Shown: positions 55,154 to 64,000 of the stretch, piece after piece | How positions within the stretch are numbered: the stretch's first letter is position 1 | How the letters are laid out: each line of letters begins with the position of its first letter | IMG/VR virus record: IMGVR_UViG_3300021400_000130 | Location: 1 to 64,000 of that record | Origin: a virus | Lineage: Duplodnaviria; Caudoviricetes | Direction: 5' to 3' (one strand) | Length of the DNA: 64,000 nucleotides | Position numbers and translations under genes: made by a program | The notes under the pieces: model-generated | Told to the model about the DNA's origin: nothing | Database searches by the model: none | The model's input: the letters and a program-made list of their open reading frames with translations, nothing else

Positions 55154-55624
55154 ATGGCAATATCAAAGATAGATTGTTTAGCATTACTAGATGATTTAGA
55201 AGAGAACGGAATTGACACTTCTACGATGGTACGCAAGTTAGTAAAACTGTCCGAACCAAACATAGAAATTTTAAAGTTTATAAATGATAATAGACAACTT
55301 GACCTTGCTGCTTTTTACGAAAAACTTAGAAAAAGTTACAATGCTAAAAGGTCAACACTGTATATAAATCTGATGAAAGATCCTGATGTTAATAACATCA
55401 ATAAAGTATTAGCTACTTTGAATTCATATGCTTTACAAGTAACACTTTTTGCTAGTGGTGTAGAAAATAAACAAATCTTTTTCAGATTTGCAAGACTACA
55501 AGAAGTATATCAATGTTTATACTACTACACAAAAACATATGATTTAACAAACTGTTTAAGACTACTTTCTCTTATAAGGGCTGACATCAAAGTGTTAGAA
55601 ACTTGTTACAGAGATGTAAGTTGA
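55154..55624 (+). CDS. Hypothetical protein (head module)
   Basis: 156 aa ORF with SD. Confidence 0.7.
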   Translation: MAISKIDCLALLDDLEENGIDTSTMVRKLVKLSEPNIEILKFINDNRQLDLAAFYEKLRKSYNAKRSTLYINLMKDPDVNNINKVLATLNSYALQVTLFASGVENKQIFFRFARLQEVYQCLYYYTKTYDLTNCLRLLSLIRADIKVLETCYRDVS

Positions 55625-55686
55625 ATTCAACCAAAAAATCTACTATAATATTATTATCTATAAAATAACGGAGGTATGTATTTTAC

Positions 55687-55884
55687 ATGGAAAATATTGA
55701 ATCTGAATTTCTTTATATACATAGCTTGAAGTTAGCTGACAGACTAGTTAACGCAGGTGTCCGCTGTGAGGGAAAGAAAGTAAATGTTCAGAATCCAACG
55801 TACTGTGATTTTATTTTCAAGAATACTCCTACAGTACGACAAATAATGGAACAATATATAGCTGAAAAACGCGCAACAGAATAA
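55687..55884 (+). CDS. Small hypothetical protein
   Basis: After the promoter at 55621; SD GGAGG. Confidence 0.6.
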   Translation: MENIESEFLYIHSLKLADRLVNAGVRCEGKKVNVQNPTYCDFIFKNTPTVRQIMEQYIAEKRATE

Positions 55885-55904
55885 CATAATTTACGGAGGA
55901 ACTT

Positions 55905-56810
55905 ATGGGTCTTACATCAAGAGAAAAGAAATTGCTTTCGCAGTTTGCAAACAATAATTACGGTCTCTATAACAAAACACTTGCAAAAAAGTTAGGTCTT
56001 CATGAAAGTATTTTTCTTGGAGAGATCATATCTGAATATGATTACTGGAGTAAAAGAAGAGAGTTAACAAAAGATGGTTACTTCTATAGCACGCTAGAAA
56101 ATGTTACAGAGGCAACTACACTTTCTGAATACCAACAAAGGTCTATTGTAAAACATCTGATACAGTTACATATAATTGACATGAAGATTGCGGGAATGCC
56201 CGCAAAGAGATACTTCAAGATAAATGAAGAAGAGCTATATAATGTTATAATCGAAGAGGATGTTCCTCAAGTTGTAGTGAATCAGAACTTAACTGAGTTA
56301 GTAACAAGTTCTAAAGAAAGTAAAGAACAAGATCTTAACTTAGTAAGGACAAATAATAACAATACAACAATAACAACAAATAATAACAATATTGAAACTG
56401 TTCCGTTTACAAGTATGAGTAGTAAATCAAATCTTCTTGAAGAAGGAATTAATCAGAATACTAGTAAGCCAAAGAGAAAATCTAATAAGGAACAGTGTAT
56501 TGACACAACATATGAAGTTATACACGATGCAGCACTAGCAGAGTATATTAATAGTTATCTAGTGGATCAACAATTGTATAAATCAATAAATAGTACACAA
56601 TGGAAAATGAGACTTGAAAATATTATCAAGTATGCTCAAGGAAGTATTGATTTAGCAAAAGAAATTGTAAAACAAACTTGGATGCGTGGATATAGAGATT
56701 TCTATCCAGTTACAACTACACAGACTGCAACTAAGCCTGCTTATACTGCAATTACTAGAAGCGAAGTAACAAATGACGCTCCTAAAGTAAGTGAAGATAT
56801 AATTTTTTAA
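55905..56810 (+). CDS. Replication initiator/replisome organizer-like protein (N-terminal wHTH)
   Basis: LAKKLGLHESIFL..I, DGYFYST.E...E.T.LS.YQQR, GMPAKRYFKIN, Asn/Thr-rich linker. Confidence 0.7.
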   Translation: MGLTSREKKLLSQFANNNYGLYNKTLAKKLGLHESIFLGEIISEYDYWSKRRELTKDGYFYSTLENVTEATTLSEYQQRSIVKHLIQLHIIDMKIAGMPAKRYFKINEEELYNVIIEEDVPQVVVNQNLTELVTSSKESKEQDLNLVRTNNNNTTITTNNNNIETVPFTSMSSKSNLLEEGINQNTSKPKRKSNKEQCIDTTYEVIHDAALAEYINSYLVDQQLYKSINSTQWKMRLENIIKYAQGSIDLAKEIVKQTWMRGYRDFYPVTTTQTATKPAYTAITRSEVTNDAPKVSEDIIF

Positions 56811-56952
56811 TTTTATACTAAATTAAACTAGTTTACTTAAAACTTAGTGCTAAATTTATACATTCAAATAATACCAGAGTGTAGGAAGATAATATATTAA
56901 TGACTTCAAAGCACTAACAGGTTCTTATAAGGACATGTTGAAAGGGATTTAG

Positions 56953-58482
56953 ATGAATAAGAATTCTAATGAAGAACTAAAATTTGATAATTCAGCTGTG
57001 CTTAGCGAAAAAGGCAGCCCTATATTAGGACGGTTGTCTGGGCCTGTTGCTGACATAATAAATCCAACAAGAAATGGAAGAAAGTATTCCGAAAAACTTT
57101 GGGAGAATGTTTTTAACAGCCCTATTGCACAGGAAACATTTGAAAACGGTGGATATTTCGGAGAGTTAGGTCACCCTGAAGGTCGTCAGGAAGTAGACAT
57201 GGAAAAGATTGCTATTTGCATGCCTAAGCCTCCTGTAAAGAATAGTGACGGTCAGTTGATTGGCAGCTTTGATATTCTAGATACACCAAATGGTCGTATT
57301 CTGAAAACACTTTGTGACTATGGTTACAGAATGGGTATTTCCTCTCGTGGTTCCGGAGAAGTTTCACTGGACATGGAAGGAAATGAAGCTGTTGATGAAG
57401 ACAGTTATGATTTCAGCTGTTTCGATGTAGTGTTACTTCCAGCTGTGAAAGCAGCCCGTATGGATTATGTAACTGAGTCCTTAGGTGACGAAAAAGTTAC
57501 ACTGAAACAAGCACTTGCAGAATCGTTAGACAAAGCAAATGATTCTGAAAGAAAAATTATGCAAGAGACGTTGAGTAATCTTCATCTTGAGTATATTCCA
57601 GAAGAGGTAATTAAAGTTAATGACGAAACGCCTGCTTCTGTTAATAATATAGAAGTTGTCGAAGAAAGCGTTGCAGTCGACAATAACGAGGCAGAACTTG
57701 TTGAGCAACTTCAAACCCTTATACGAGAGAATAAGGAAAAAGAAGAGCAGATAATTGAGTTACAAGAAAAGTTATCAGTTAGTTATACTAAAGAGGCTGC
57801 ATGTAATGAAAAGATGTCTAGATACCAACAGGCAATTCTGAAATTATCTGAAGACTCGAAGAAAGTCAAATCTCTCGAAGAACAGTTGAGTAAAGCACAA
57901 ACAGATCTTTCTAATGTTAAACAATCGCTTGTAGAATCAGAGAAAGCTTCAAAAGATCGCCAGGCCAAACTCCAAGAGAAATCAAAATCACTTGTTGAGT
58001 CTGTTGATAATAGTAAAAGAAAGATTAAAGAGTTGCAAGAACAGTTAAAGGCCGCTAATGAAAATAGTAATAGCGAAATTAACTCTCTAACAGAGCAACT
58101 TTCTAGTGCTAAGAAAGACTTAGAATTAAAGAAGACTGAATACTCGAAAAAACTTAGTGCTTCAAATAAGTTAGTTGAAAAGTATAAAACAATTGCATCT
58201 GGTGCAGTTAATCGTTATATTGAGTCACAAGCACTAAGATTAGGTGTATCTCATAATGAAATTTTGAATAGATTGCCTGATAGTTATACATTTGATGACA
58301 TTGACACAGTGTGTGAAAGTTTACAGTCTGTTAATCTGAATCTTAGTAAACTTCCGTTTCAATCAATGAAACTTGAAGGAAAATTAGGTGCTAGAGTTTC
58401 ATCTCCTAAGAAGTCTGTTTTACCTGGTAATCAAGATGATGTAGTTGATGATGATCTTTTAGCTCTAGCGGGATTAAAATAA
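56953..58482 (+). CDS. Prohead protease (T4 gp21-like) fused to a coiled-coil scaffold
   Basis: RNGRKY, GELGHP, ILDTPNGRI, GISSRGSG, FDVV..PA, then a long coiled coil. Confidence 0.9.
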   Translation: MNKNSNEELKFDNSAVLSEKGSPILGRLSGPVADIINPTRNGRKYSEKLWENVFNSPIAQETFENGGYFGELGHPEGRQEVDMEKIAICMPKPPVKNSDGQLIGSFDILDTPNGRILKTLCDYGYRMGISSRGSGEVSLDMEGNEAVDEDSYDFSCFDVVLLPAVKAARMDYVTESLGDEKVTLKQALAESLDKANDSERKIMQETLSNLHLEYIPEEVIKVNDETPASVNNIEVVEESVAVDNNEAELVEQLQTLIRENKEKEEQIIELQEKLSVSYTKEAACNEKMSRYQQAILKLSEDSKKVKSLEEQLSKAQTDLSNVKQSLVESEKASKDRQAKLQEKSKSLVESVDNSKRKIKELQEQLKAANENSNSEINSLTEQLSSAKKDLELKKTEYSKKLSASNKLVEKYKTIASGAVNRYIESQALRLGVSHNEILNRLPDSYTFDDIDTVCESLQSVNLNLSKLPFQSMKLEGKLGARVSSPKKSVLPGNQDDVVDDDLLALAGLK

Positions 58483-58507
58483 TATTAAAATAAGAGGTTA
58501 AAAAATT

Positions 58508-59827
58508 ATGACACTTTTAGAGCAATATAAAGGTCGTCTTGCCGTTTCTGAGTCCGTTTACGGAAAGACTCACGCTGGCGAGAAGATGGACAATCACAAG
58601 AAATTAGTTATTGCTAAAGTCCTTGACAATACTTCTAAGTTTATCGCAGAGGCATTTGATGCTGCAAGTGGTACTCAGAGAAGTGATCTTGGTCTTTACA
58701 AGAAATTCACTTTAAATCTTACAACCGTAGCACTTCCTAACCTGATCGCTCATGATCTAGTTATCGTGCATCCAATGAGCTCAATGAGCGGTTTCATTAC
58801 CTACATTGAGTATTCTGCTAGCAAGACCAAGGGTCAGACCACTGCTGGTAAGTTCCTGAATAGCCCCTTCGCTCTTGGCGATGTGGATCCCGACTACACT
58901 GGTGACAGAGTTGTTGAGAATGCTGCTGCTGGTGCTTCTCTTGTTCTTTCTTGGACTCCTGTTGTTAAGGAAGCTTTCGAAGACGAAGCAACCGGAACCA
59001 AGTATGATGTGAAGATTACTCACGCTGATGGTACTGTTGACTTTGCAAATGTTGGTGCTGATGGGAAGACCGTCACTCCTTCTGCTGCTTTCGTAGCTAC
59101 TGACCGTGTAGCTTACTTCTACGACAATATTGTTGTTCCTCAGAACGATCTGCCTATGCTTAAGGCTGAGATGAAGAACATCGCTCTCGTGGCAAAAGCT
59201 CGTAGAATTGCTGTTTTCTATTCTCAGATCGCTGCTTTCCAGGCTAAGACCGATTATGGTTTCGACCTTGGTGACCAGCTTGCAGAAAAAGCTGTTGGAC
59301 AGTTAGAGTACGAGATTGACACTGAGATCGTTCAGTTGCTGATTGACAATGCTCCTACTGATGAGACTCTGTCTTGGAGCAAGACCCTTCCTGTGGGCGT
59401 TTCCAAGTCTGAGCACTATCAAGGATTTATGGAAATCGTTGAAGATGCTAAGAGAATCGTGTATGACCGTACAAAGAGATTTGTTCCTAACTACATGATC
59501 TGCGCTAGCGATCTTATCCCTGTGTTCTCTTTCATTCGTGACTGGAATCCTGCTCCTGTAAGCGATGTTAATGGTCCTTACTTTGCTGGTACTCTCGGTT
59601 CACTGAAAGTATTCGTTTCTCCTGCACTCGACGCTGGTAAGTTCTTAGTTGGTGTCAATGGTTCCGACATGATGTCCAGCGCTGCTGTTTATGCTCCTTA
59701 CATGGCTGTTGTTCCTACTATGCTGCTTCAGTATGCAGATGGTGGTACATCACAAGGTTGGAGCACAATGTACGACCTGAAGATGCTGAACGCTAACCTG
59801 CTCGTTGCTGGTGGCATCACAGCTTAA
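58508..59827 (+). CDS. Major capsid protein (T4 gp23-like)
   Basis: PNLIAHDLV.V.PM, AKARR, EIDTEIV, AVYAPY; highly biased codons. Confidence 0.92.
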   Translation: MTLLEQYKGRLAVSESVYGKTHAGEKMDNHKKLVIAKVLDNTSKFIAEAFDAASGTQRSDLGLYKKFTLNLTTVALPNLIAHDLVIVHPMSSMSGFITYIEYSASKTKGQTTAGKFLNSPFALGDVDPDYTGDRVVENAAAGASLVLSWTPVVKEAFEDEATGTKYDVKITHADGTVDFANVGADGKTVTPSAAFVATDRVAYFYDNIVVPQNDLPMLKAEMKNIALVAKARRIAVFYSQIAAFQAKTDYGFDLGDQLAEKAVGQLEYEIDTEIVQLLIDNAPTDETLSWSKTLPVGVSKSEHYQGFMEIVEDAKRIVYDRTKRFVPNYMICASDLIPVFSFIRDWNPAPVSDVNGPYFAGTLGSLKVFVSPALDAGKFLVGVNGSDMMSSAAVYAPYMAVVPTMLLQYADGGTSQGWSTMYDLKMLNANLLVAGGITA

Positions 59828-59860
59828 TCGTCGCACATTTAGCAGAAATACCTTATAATC

Positions 59861-59899
59861 ATATAGGGAGGGGAGTAGTCTCCCTTCCCTATATTTTTT
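59861..59899 (+). terminator. Rho-independent terminator after the MCP gene
   Basis: ATATAGGGAGGGGAG/CTCCCTTCCCTATAT and T run. Confidence 0.85.
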
Positions 59900-59937
59900 G
59901 TATTACAAAGAAAATATTACAAGAAGGAACATATCAA

Positions 59938-60675
59938 ATGAAAAATGTTCTAAAAGAAGATTTTCAAGTACATGACACACTAAATCCTAAATTGTGGGAT
60001 AGTGAAAATAAATTACTACCTGAAGTTCGTCAGAAGATTGTAGATATTGTAGCTAATTTTGAGGAATATGTAGAAATACCAATACATATTGTTGACATCG
60101 TTCTGGTAGGAAGTAACGCCGCATATAATTACACTCAATATTCAGACTTAGATGTTCACATTATAGTTAACCCTGAGTTGGTTACAGATATTCCTGAAGA
60201 AGTACAAGTTCTTATATATAATATGAAAAAGTCTTCTTTCAATAAAGAGTTTGATATTAAGATAAAAGGGATAGCTGTTGAACTATATGTAGAGGATATG
60301 CACACCTCAGCTGTTTCCAATGGCATATATTCTGTGTGTGATGATAGATGGGTAAAAGAACCAAAACAGAATACTTCCATAACTAAACACAATGTTGAAA
60401 AAGATGTAGAAAATTGGGTTGAAAGAATTGAAGAATCTATAGCTACTAGTGATAGTGAAACAATTGGAAATACAGTAGATATATTGTATTTAATGAGGAA
60501 GAACTCTATTGCTACAGAGGGTGAATATGGAAAAGGAAATGAAGTATTCAAAACCTTAAGAGATAGAGGATATGTCAAGAAGCTGAAGGAAGCACTTAAT
60601 AGTGCTATTTCTTCTAACCTGTCTCTTGAGTCTTATACATATACAGGAAAATTCATAAATCTATTCGAGGAGTAA
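59938..60675 (+). CDS. Pol-beta superfamily nucleotidyltransferase
   Basis: LVGSNAAYNY...SDLDVHI, VELYVE. Confidence 0.8.
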   Translation: MKNVLKEDFQVHDTLNPKLWDSENKLLPEVRQKIVDIVANFEEYVEIPIHIVDIVLVGSNAAYNYTQYSDLDVHIIVNPELVTDIPEEVQVLIYNMKKSSFNKEFDIKIKGIAVELYVEDMHTSAVSNGIYSVCDDRWVKEPKQNTSITKHNVEKDVENWVERIEESIATSDSETIGNTVDILYLMRKNSIATEGEYGKGNEVFKTLRDRGYVKKLKEALNSAISSNLSLESYTYTGKFINLFEE

Positions 60676-60679
60676 ACAA

Positions 60680-60991
60680 ATGAATAAATTAGTACTAGAA
60701 GAGTCTTTGAATACTCTCAATGAACAAGAATTAAAAGAAGCGGATTTTAGGGATGTTAGAAATAAAGTTGATGAATTTCTTGAGAACTATTACGAGCGTA
60801 AAGTATTTGAATTTCTAACAGAAGAACAAGCAACTGTGCAAGAAGTTATGCAAGCTGTACCTGAGTATAATCCAGATTGGTGCCCAGAGGACTACACTGA
60901 TGAAGTAGCAAGAATTGAACAAACTTGCGGAGAGTCTATGATTAATGCACTTGTGAGTGCAGGATTAAGAACTTTGTTTCTTGATGCGTAA
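60680..60991 (+). CDS. Acidic protein, candidate internal head protein
   Basis: MNKLVLEESLNTLNEQELKE. Confidence 0.6.
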   Translation: MNKLVLEESLNTLNEQELKEADFRDVRNKVDEFLENYYERKVFEFLTEEQATVQEVMQAVPEYNPDWCPEDYTDEVARIEQTCGESMINALVSAGLRTLFLDA

Positions 60992-61035
60992 ATAATAATC
61001 TACTAATTAAAGTAAGAAGGAGGTATAATTAATCT

Positions 61036-61902
61036 GTGAATAGACTTTTAGAAGATAAAAGACAAGAGTTAATAACAAAATCAAAACATGCAGATAATTA
61101 TGCTCCTAGTAATCAATATCTTGGAAAGAATAGATACGAAAGAAGATTACATAGTAAAGTAGCAAACTCTGTTAGAGAAATGAATGCTATTAATATGAAT
61201 AAATTCTTTCAAGATAATATTCTAGACGTAGATATAAAAGTACGCGGCGAAACAGATGACTATATTGTTAGAATTAGTTTTGGCGGAGTACTTGATGAGA
61301 TACATAAACAGATTGAAAGTAACAATGGTGCCCTGAATTTACGATGTGTAATTAGAGCACTTGTTTCTGCTTTTAACGGAGATAGCGTTTATGTAAGATG
61401 TAGCTGTGCGGACTTTAAATATCGTCAAGCATATTTCCTAAGCGTGCATGACGTAATTGTTGGAGAGAAAGAAACTAGGCCTTCGGATATAACTAATCCT
61501 TATGATACAAAAGGGAGAGGTTGTAAACATATATTATTAGTATTATCTAATAATAGTTGGTTAACAAAAGTTGCTTCTGTTATTTTCAACTATATTAACT
61601 ATATGGAAAAACACTATCAGAATTTGTATGCTGATATAATCTATCCTGCGATATATCAAACAGAATATGAGGGAGATGTTCAGTTACAGATTCAAGAGCC
61701 CGAACCAGAAGAAGAGCCTGAACCTGAACCTGATGTATCTGTTAAGGCAGATAAAGATTTACTTGATATTTCTAATAAGTGGGCTAAAACGAAAAATCAA
61801 TTCCAGAAAGGTAACGAATATCGTTTCCAGAAACAAGACAGACCAATGAAGCGTCAAATTGATTTTGATAATTTAATCTCCGATTCGGAGGGAGTAACTT
61901 GA
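61036..61902 (+). CDS. SWIM zinc-finger protein
   Basis: CSCADFKYR...GCKH. Confidence 0.75.
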   Translation: MNRLLEDKRQELITKSKHADNYAPSNQYLGKNRYERRLHSKVANSVREMNAINMNKFFQDNILDVDIKVRGETDDYIVRISFGGVLDEIHKQIESNNGALNLRCVIRALVSAFNGDSVYVRCSCADFKYRQAYFLSVHDVIVGEKETRPSDITNPYDTKGRGCKHILLVLSNNSWLTKVASVIFNYINYMEKHYQNLYADIIYPAIYQTEYEGDVQLQIQEPEPEEEPEPEPDVSVKADKDLLDISNKWAKTKNQFQKGNEYRFQKQDRPMKRQIDFDNLISDSEGVT

Positions 61903-62414
61903 AGTTTAGATTAGTTGAGGAAAAGATTCCTATTTATAGAGGAGTTATAAAAGGATTAGCTCCGAATGTTTCTGGACCCGGTAGAGCAGAATGGTGGACT
62001 TACAGCGAAGACCAGGCTACTTCATACTGGAAAGACGGTACCGATGAGGAAGGTGCTGTACTAAGTTCATTTCTTGATTTAGATAAGGTAAATCTTATTG
62101 ATCTTGGTAAACAAAAGGATATAACAAGTGCCTATTTAAGTGCTAAATTAAATAACATATTAAATACAGAGATCGTAAATCAAACTAAAGATCTTGTATT
62201 TATAAAGTATAATGGAACAATTTATAGGATGACAAAAGGTCTAGATGACCTACAAACTTTCTATCATATAGTAGCAAAACAAGAAGGCTATGATGGATTG
62301 TTAATCCAGTTTATGATAAAAGGTGAACTTATAACAGAGATTGCATTATTAAGATCTGGTCTTGTTGAATATGATGCCCCTGAATGGTATAATAAACAAT
62401 GGGACAGAAAATGA
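61899..62414 (+). CDS. Putative ADP-ribosyltransferase-fold protein
   Basis: IYRG, WWT...A.SY, GYDG and E-I-A-L pattern. Confidence 0.55.
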   Translation: MKFRLVEEKIPIYRGVIKGLAPNVSGPGRAEWWTYSEDQATSYWKDGTDEEGAVLSSFLDLDKVNLIDLGKQKDITSAYLSAKLNNILNTEIVNQTKDLVFIKYNGTIYRMTKGLDDLQTFYHIVAKQEGYDGLLIQFMIKGELITEIALLRSGLVEYDAPEWYNKQWDRK

Positions 62415-62450
62415 TATAAACAAATCATAAATAGATAAGGAATATGAAGA

Positions 62451-64000
62451 ATGAGTGTAAAAATTCTAACAGAAGGATTTGAATCCAAATATTTCTATAT
62501 CCTGAAAGAGGATGCTATTAGACAGATAACCTCTATTCTTTCTAATCTGAACGAAGCAGAAATGTCAGATGAAGATAGAGAAGAGACCAGAATACTGAGA
62601 CAGATTTTAGATAAAGCTATGGATGCTTCTTATGACAGACGTAAAGCATTGAAGTATACTCCTAGAGAGCTTGAAGTTGCAGATAAGTACAATTTAACAT
62701 TACCTGCAAAAGTTAAGAAATGGGACGGAACTACAATAACTTCGTTATCCGATAAAGATGTAGATACTCCTAGAGGTACTGGTAGAGATAGATATACTCC
62801 TTCTCTTTCAAGAGACATTGAAAAATCTGGTATTAGAAACAGTCGTCAGGCTAACCTCGCTAACTTTATACGTGCTCGTAAAGAAAAAGGTCCTAGAAAT
62901 GAGCGTCCTTATTCTCAGATAGATAAATTTGCACGTGTTGATGACGCTTCTACATTTGGAGATACAACATTCACGCACGACAACTCTGGAAGATTTGGTA
63001 GAGATCGTTGGGATGAGGAACATGGTAGAGCTGCTACACTTGCAGGCGGAAGAAGCAGAACTCCTTCAGGAAGATGGATACGCGATAAGGAAAAAGATCT
63101 TACCGACGTTGAAAAAGACAGAATTGCTGTTAATAAACAGATGTCCCAGCCTGTTAACGATATGAAGAAAGCTCTGTCGGATCGTAAAGAGAATCAGAAA
63201 GATTTAGACAACGTCAATCTTAACTACGCTAGAAATGTTGCAAATGCTCGTAGACGTTTTGATGATGACATGGCCTATGCAGAAGAGAGAAGAAAGAAAG
63301 AGTCTGAGTCCGGTCGTCAAGGAGTAGACGATGCTAACAACAGAATTAATAAACTTCTGAAGAAAGAATCACTTGAAGAGGACGAAGTAGACTATAGTGA
63401 TTGGAAGTATGGTGATCCATATTCTCCCGAGGATCCAGATGACTATGTACCATTTGACGAAGAGTTAGATATTGATCCTAGTAAATCAGATGACATTGTT
63501 ACTGAAGAGATGTTTACAGAAGCATTTTCAATAAGATTAAGAAATACAATTAACTCTTTGAATGAAGCTGAGATGTCAGACGAAGATAAGCATGATACAG
63601 ATATTCTAAAGCAGATATATCAAAAAACTCAAGGTAGAGCAAATGCTGCTTTAACTCCTGAAGAGAAATCTGTATTACAAAAGTACAATCTTGAGAGAGT
63701 TCCGTATATGAAGAATATTCGTTCTTCTGAGGGTAGTTACAGAACTCCGATATTTGATGACAGAGACTTCCAAAGTTCTTATGATTGGAACAGTGGAAAG
63801 AGAATTCCTCCGAAGTCAAATAAGATAAACTATGCTGACAGAGCACGTAAGCGTCCTGAAAGAGATGCTCAGATGTACGATATGAGAGATAGAGATTTCT
63901 GGGATATGCCAACTCCTGATTATGAACGTCAGCATGAAGTTGATTCTGATGATTACAAACCTGCAACATATCAGCAGAGACAGAGATATTCTGACAATCA
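62451..64000 (+). CDS. Large charged protein, 3' truncated by the window edge; candidate internal head protein
   Basis: MSVKILTEGF...; frame reads open where checked and no stop is in the ORF track; internal repeat LNEAEMSDED at ~62547 and ~63558. Confidence 0.75.
   Translation, partial: MSVKILTEGFESKYFYILKEDAIRQITSILSNLNEAEMSDEDREETRILRQILDKAMDASYDRRKALKYTPRELEVADKYNLTLPAKVKKWDGTTITSLSDKDVDTPRGTGRDRYTPSLSRDIEKSGIRNSRQANLANFIRARKEKGPRNERPYSQIDKFARVDDASTFGDTTFTHDNSGRFGRDRWDEEHGRAATLAGGRSRTPSGRWIRDKEKDLTDVEKDRIAVNKQMSQPVNDMKKALSDRKENQKDLDNVNLNYARNVANARRRFDDDMAYAEERRKKESESGRQGVDDANNRINKLLKKESLEEDEVDYSDWKYGDPYSPEDPDDYVPFDEELDIDPSKSDDIVTEEMFTEAFSIRLRNTINSLNEAEMSDEDKHDTDILKQIYQKTQGRANAALTPEEKSVLQKYNLERVPYMKNIRSSEGSYRTPIFDDRDFQSSYDWNSGKRIPPKSNKINYADRARKRPERDAQMYDMRDRDFWDMPTPDYERQHEVDSDDYKPATYQQRQRYSDN

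Noticed and set aside
62929-63969. Track ORFs 62929+ and 63550-
   Set aside because: They overlap the long open frame starting at 62451 that runs off the window.
1-64000. Stop-codon reassignment suggested by the TTA loop
   Set aside because: Conserved genes are full length in the standard code, and TAA, TAG and TGA all end genes.

Overview
A 64-kb segment of a large AT-rich tailed phage genome with a T4-like head module. The host is probably an anaerobic Firmicute, judged from NrdDG, sigma-A-like promoters, a CHAP endolysin and LL-H-type holins. All real genes are on the + strand and read in the standard code. The order is: (1) nucleotide metabolism (NT5C, two glutaredoxin-like proteins, NrdD/NrdG); (2) an ~11.5-kb RNA island (4.2-15.7 kb) with 19 ordinary tRNAs, many structured spacers, a metallophosphoesterase and a DUF2828-type Ro60/TROVE-vWA-like protein; (3) an accessory region (dUTPase, NADAR, DUF932, QueH, nucleoside deoxyribosyltransferase, uracil permease, radical SAM); (4) tail fibre and lysis genes; (5) candidate internal head proteins, terminase, portal, prohead protease/scaffold and major capsid protein. 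The strongest findings are in the RNA island. First, seven copies of a small covarying RNA motif (7-bp stem + YACAGCAA) cluster mostly around the Ro60-like gene; several display tRNA anticodon arms and one sits on that gene's own ribosome-binding site. Second, a complete CCA-ended tRNA-like RNA is inserted exactly inside the anticodon of another tRNA. Third, there is an anticodon-less tRNA carrying alanine identity elements. Together these suggest an undescribed phage tRNA decoy/repair system. All family assignments come from motif recognition by eye; no database searches were run.
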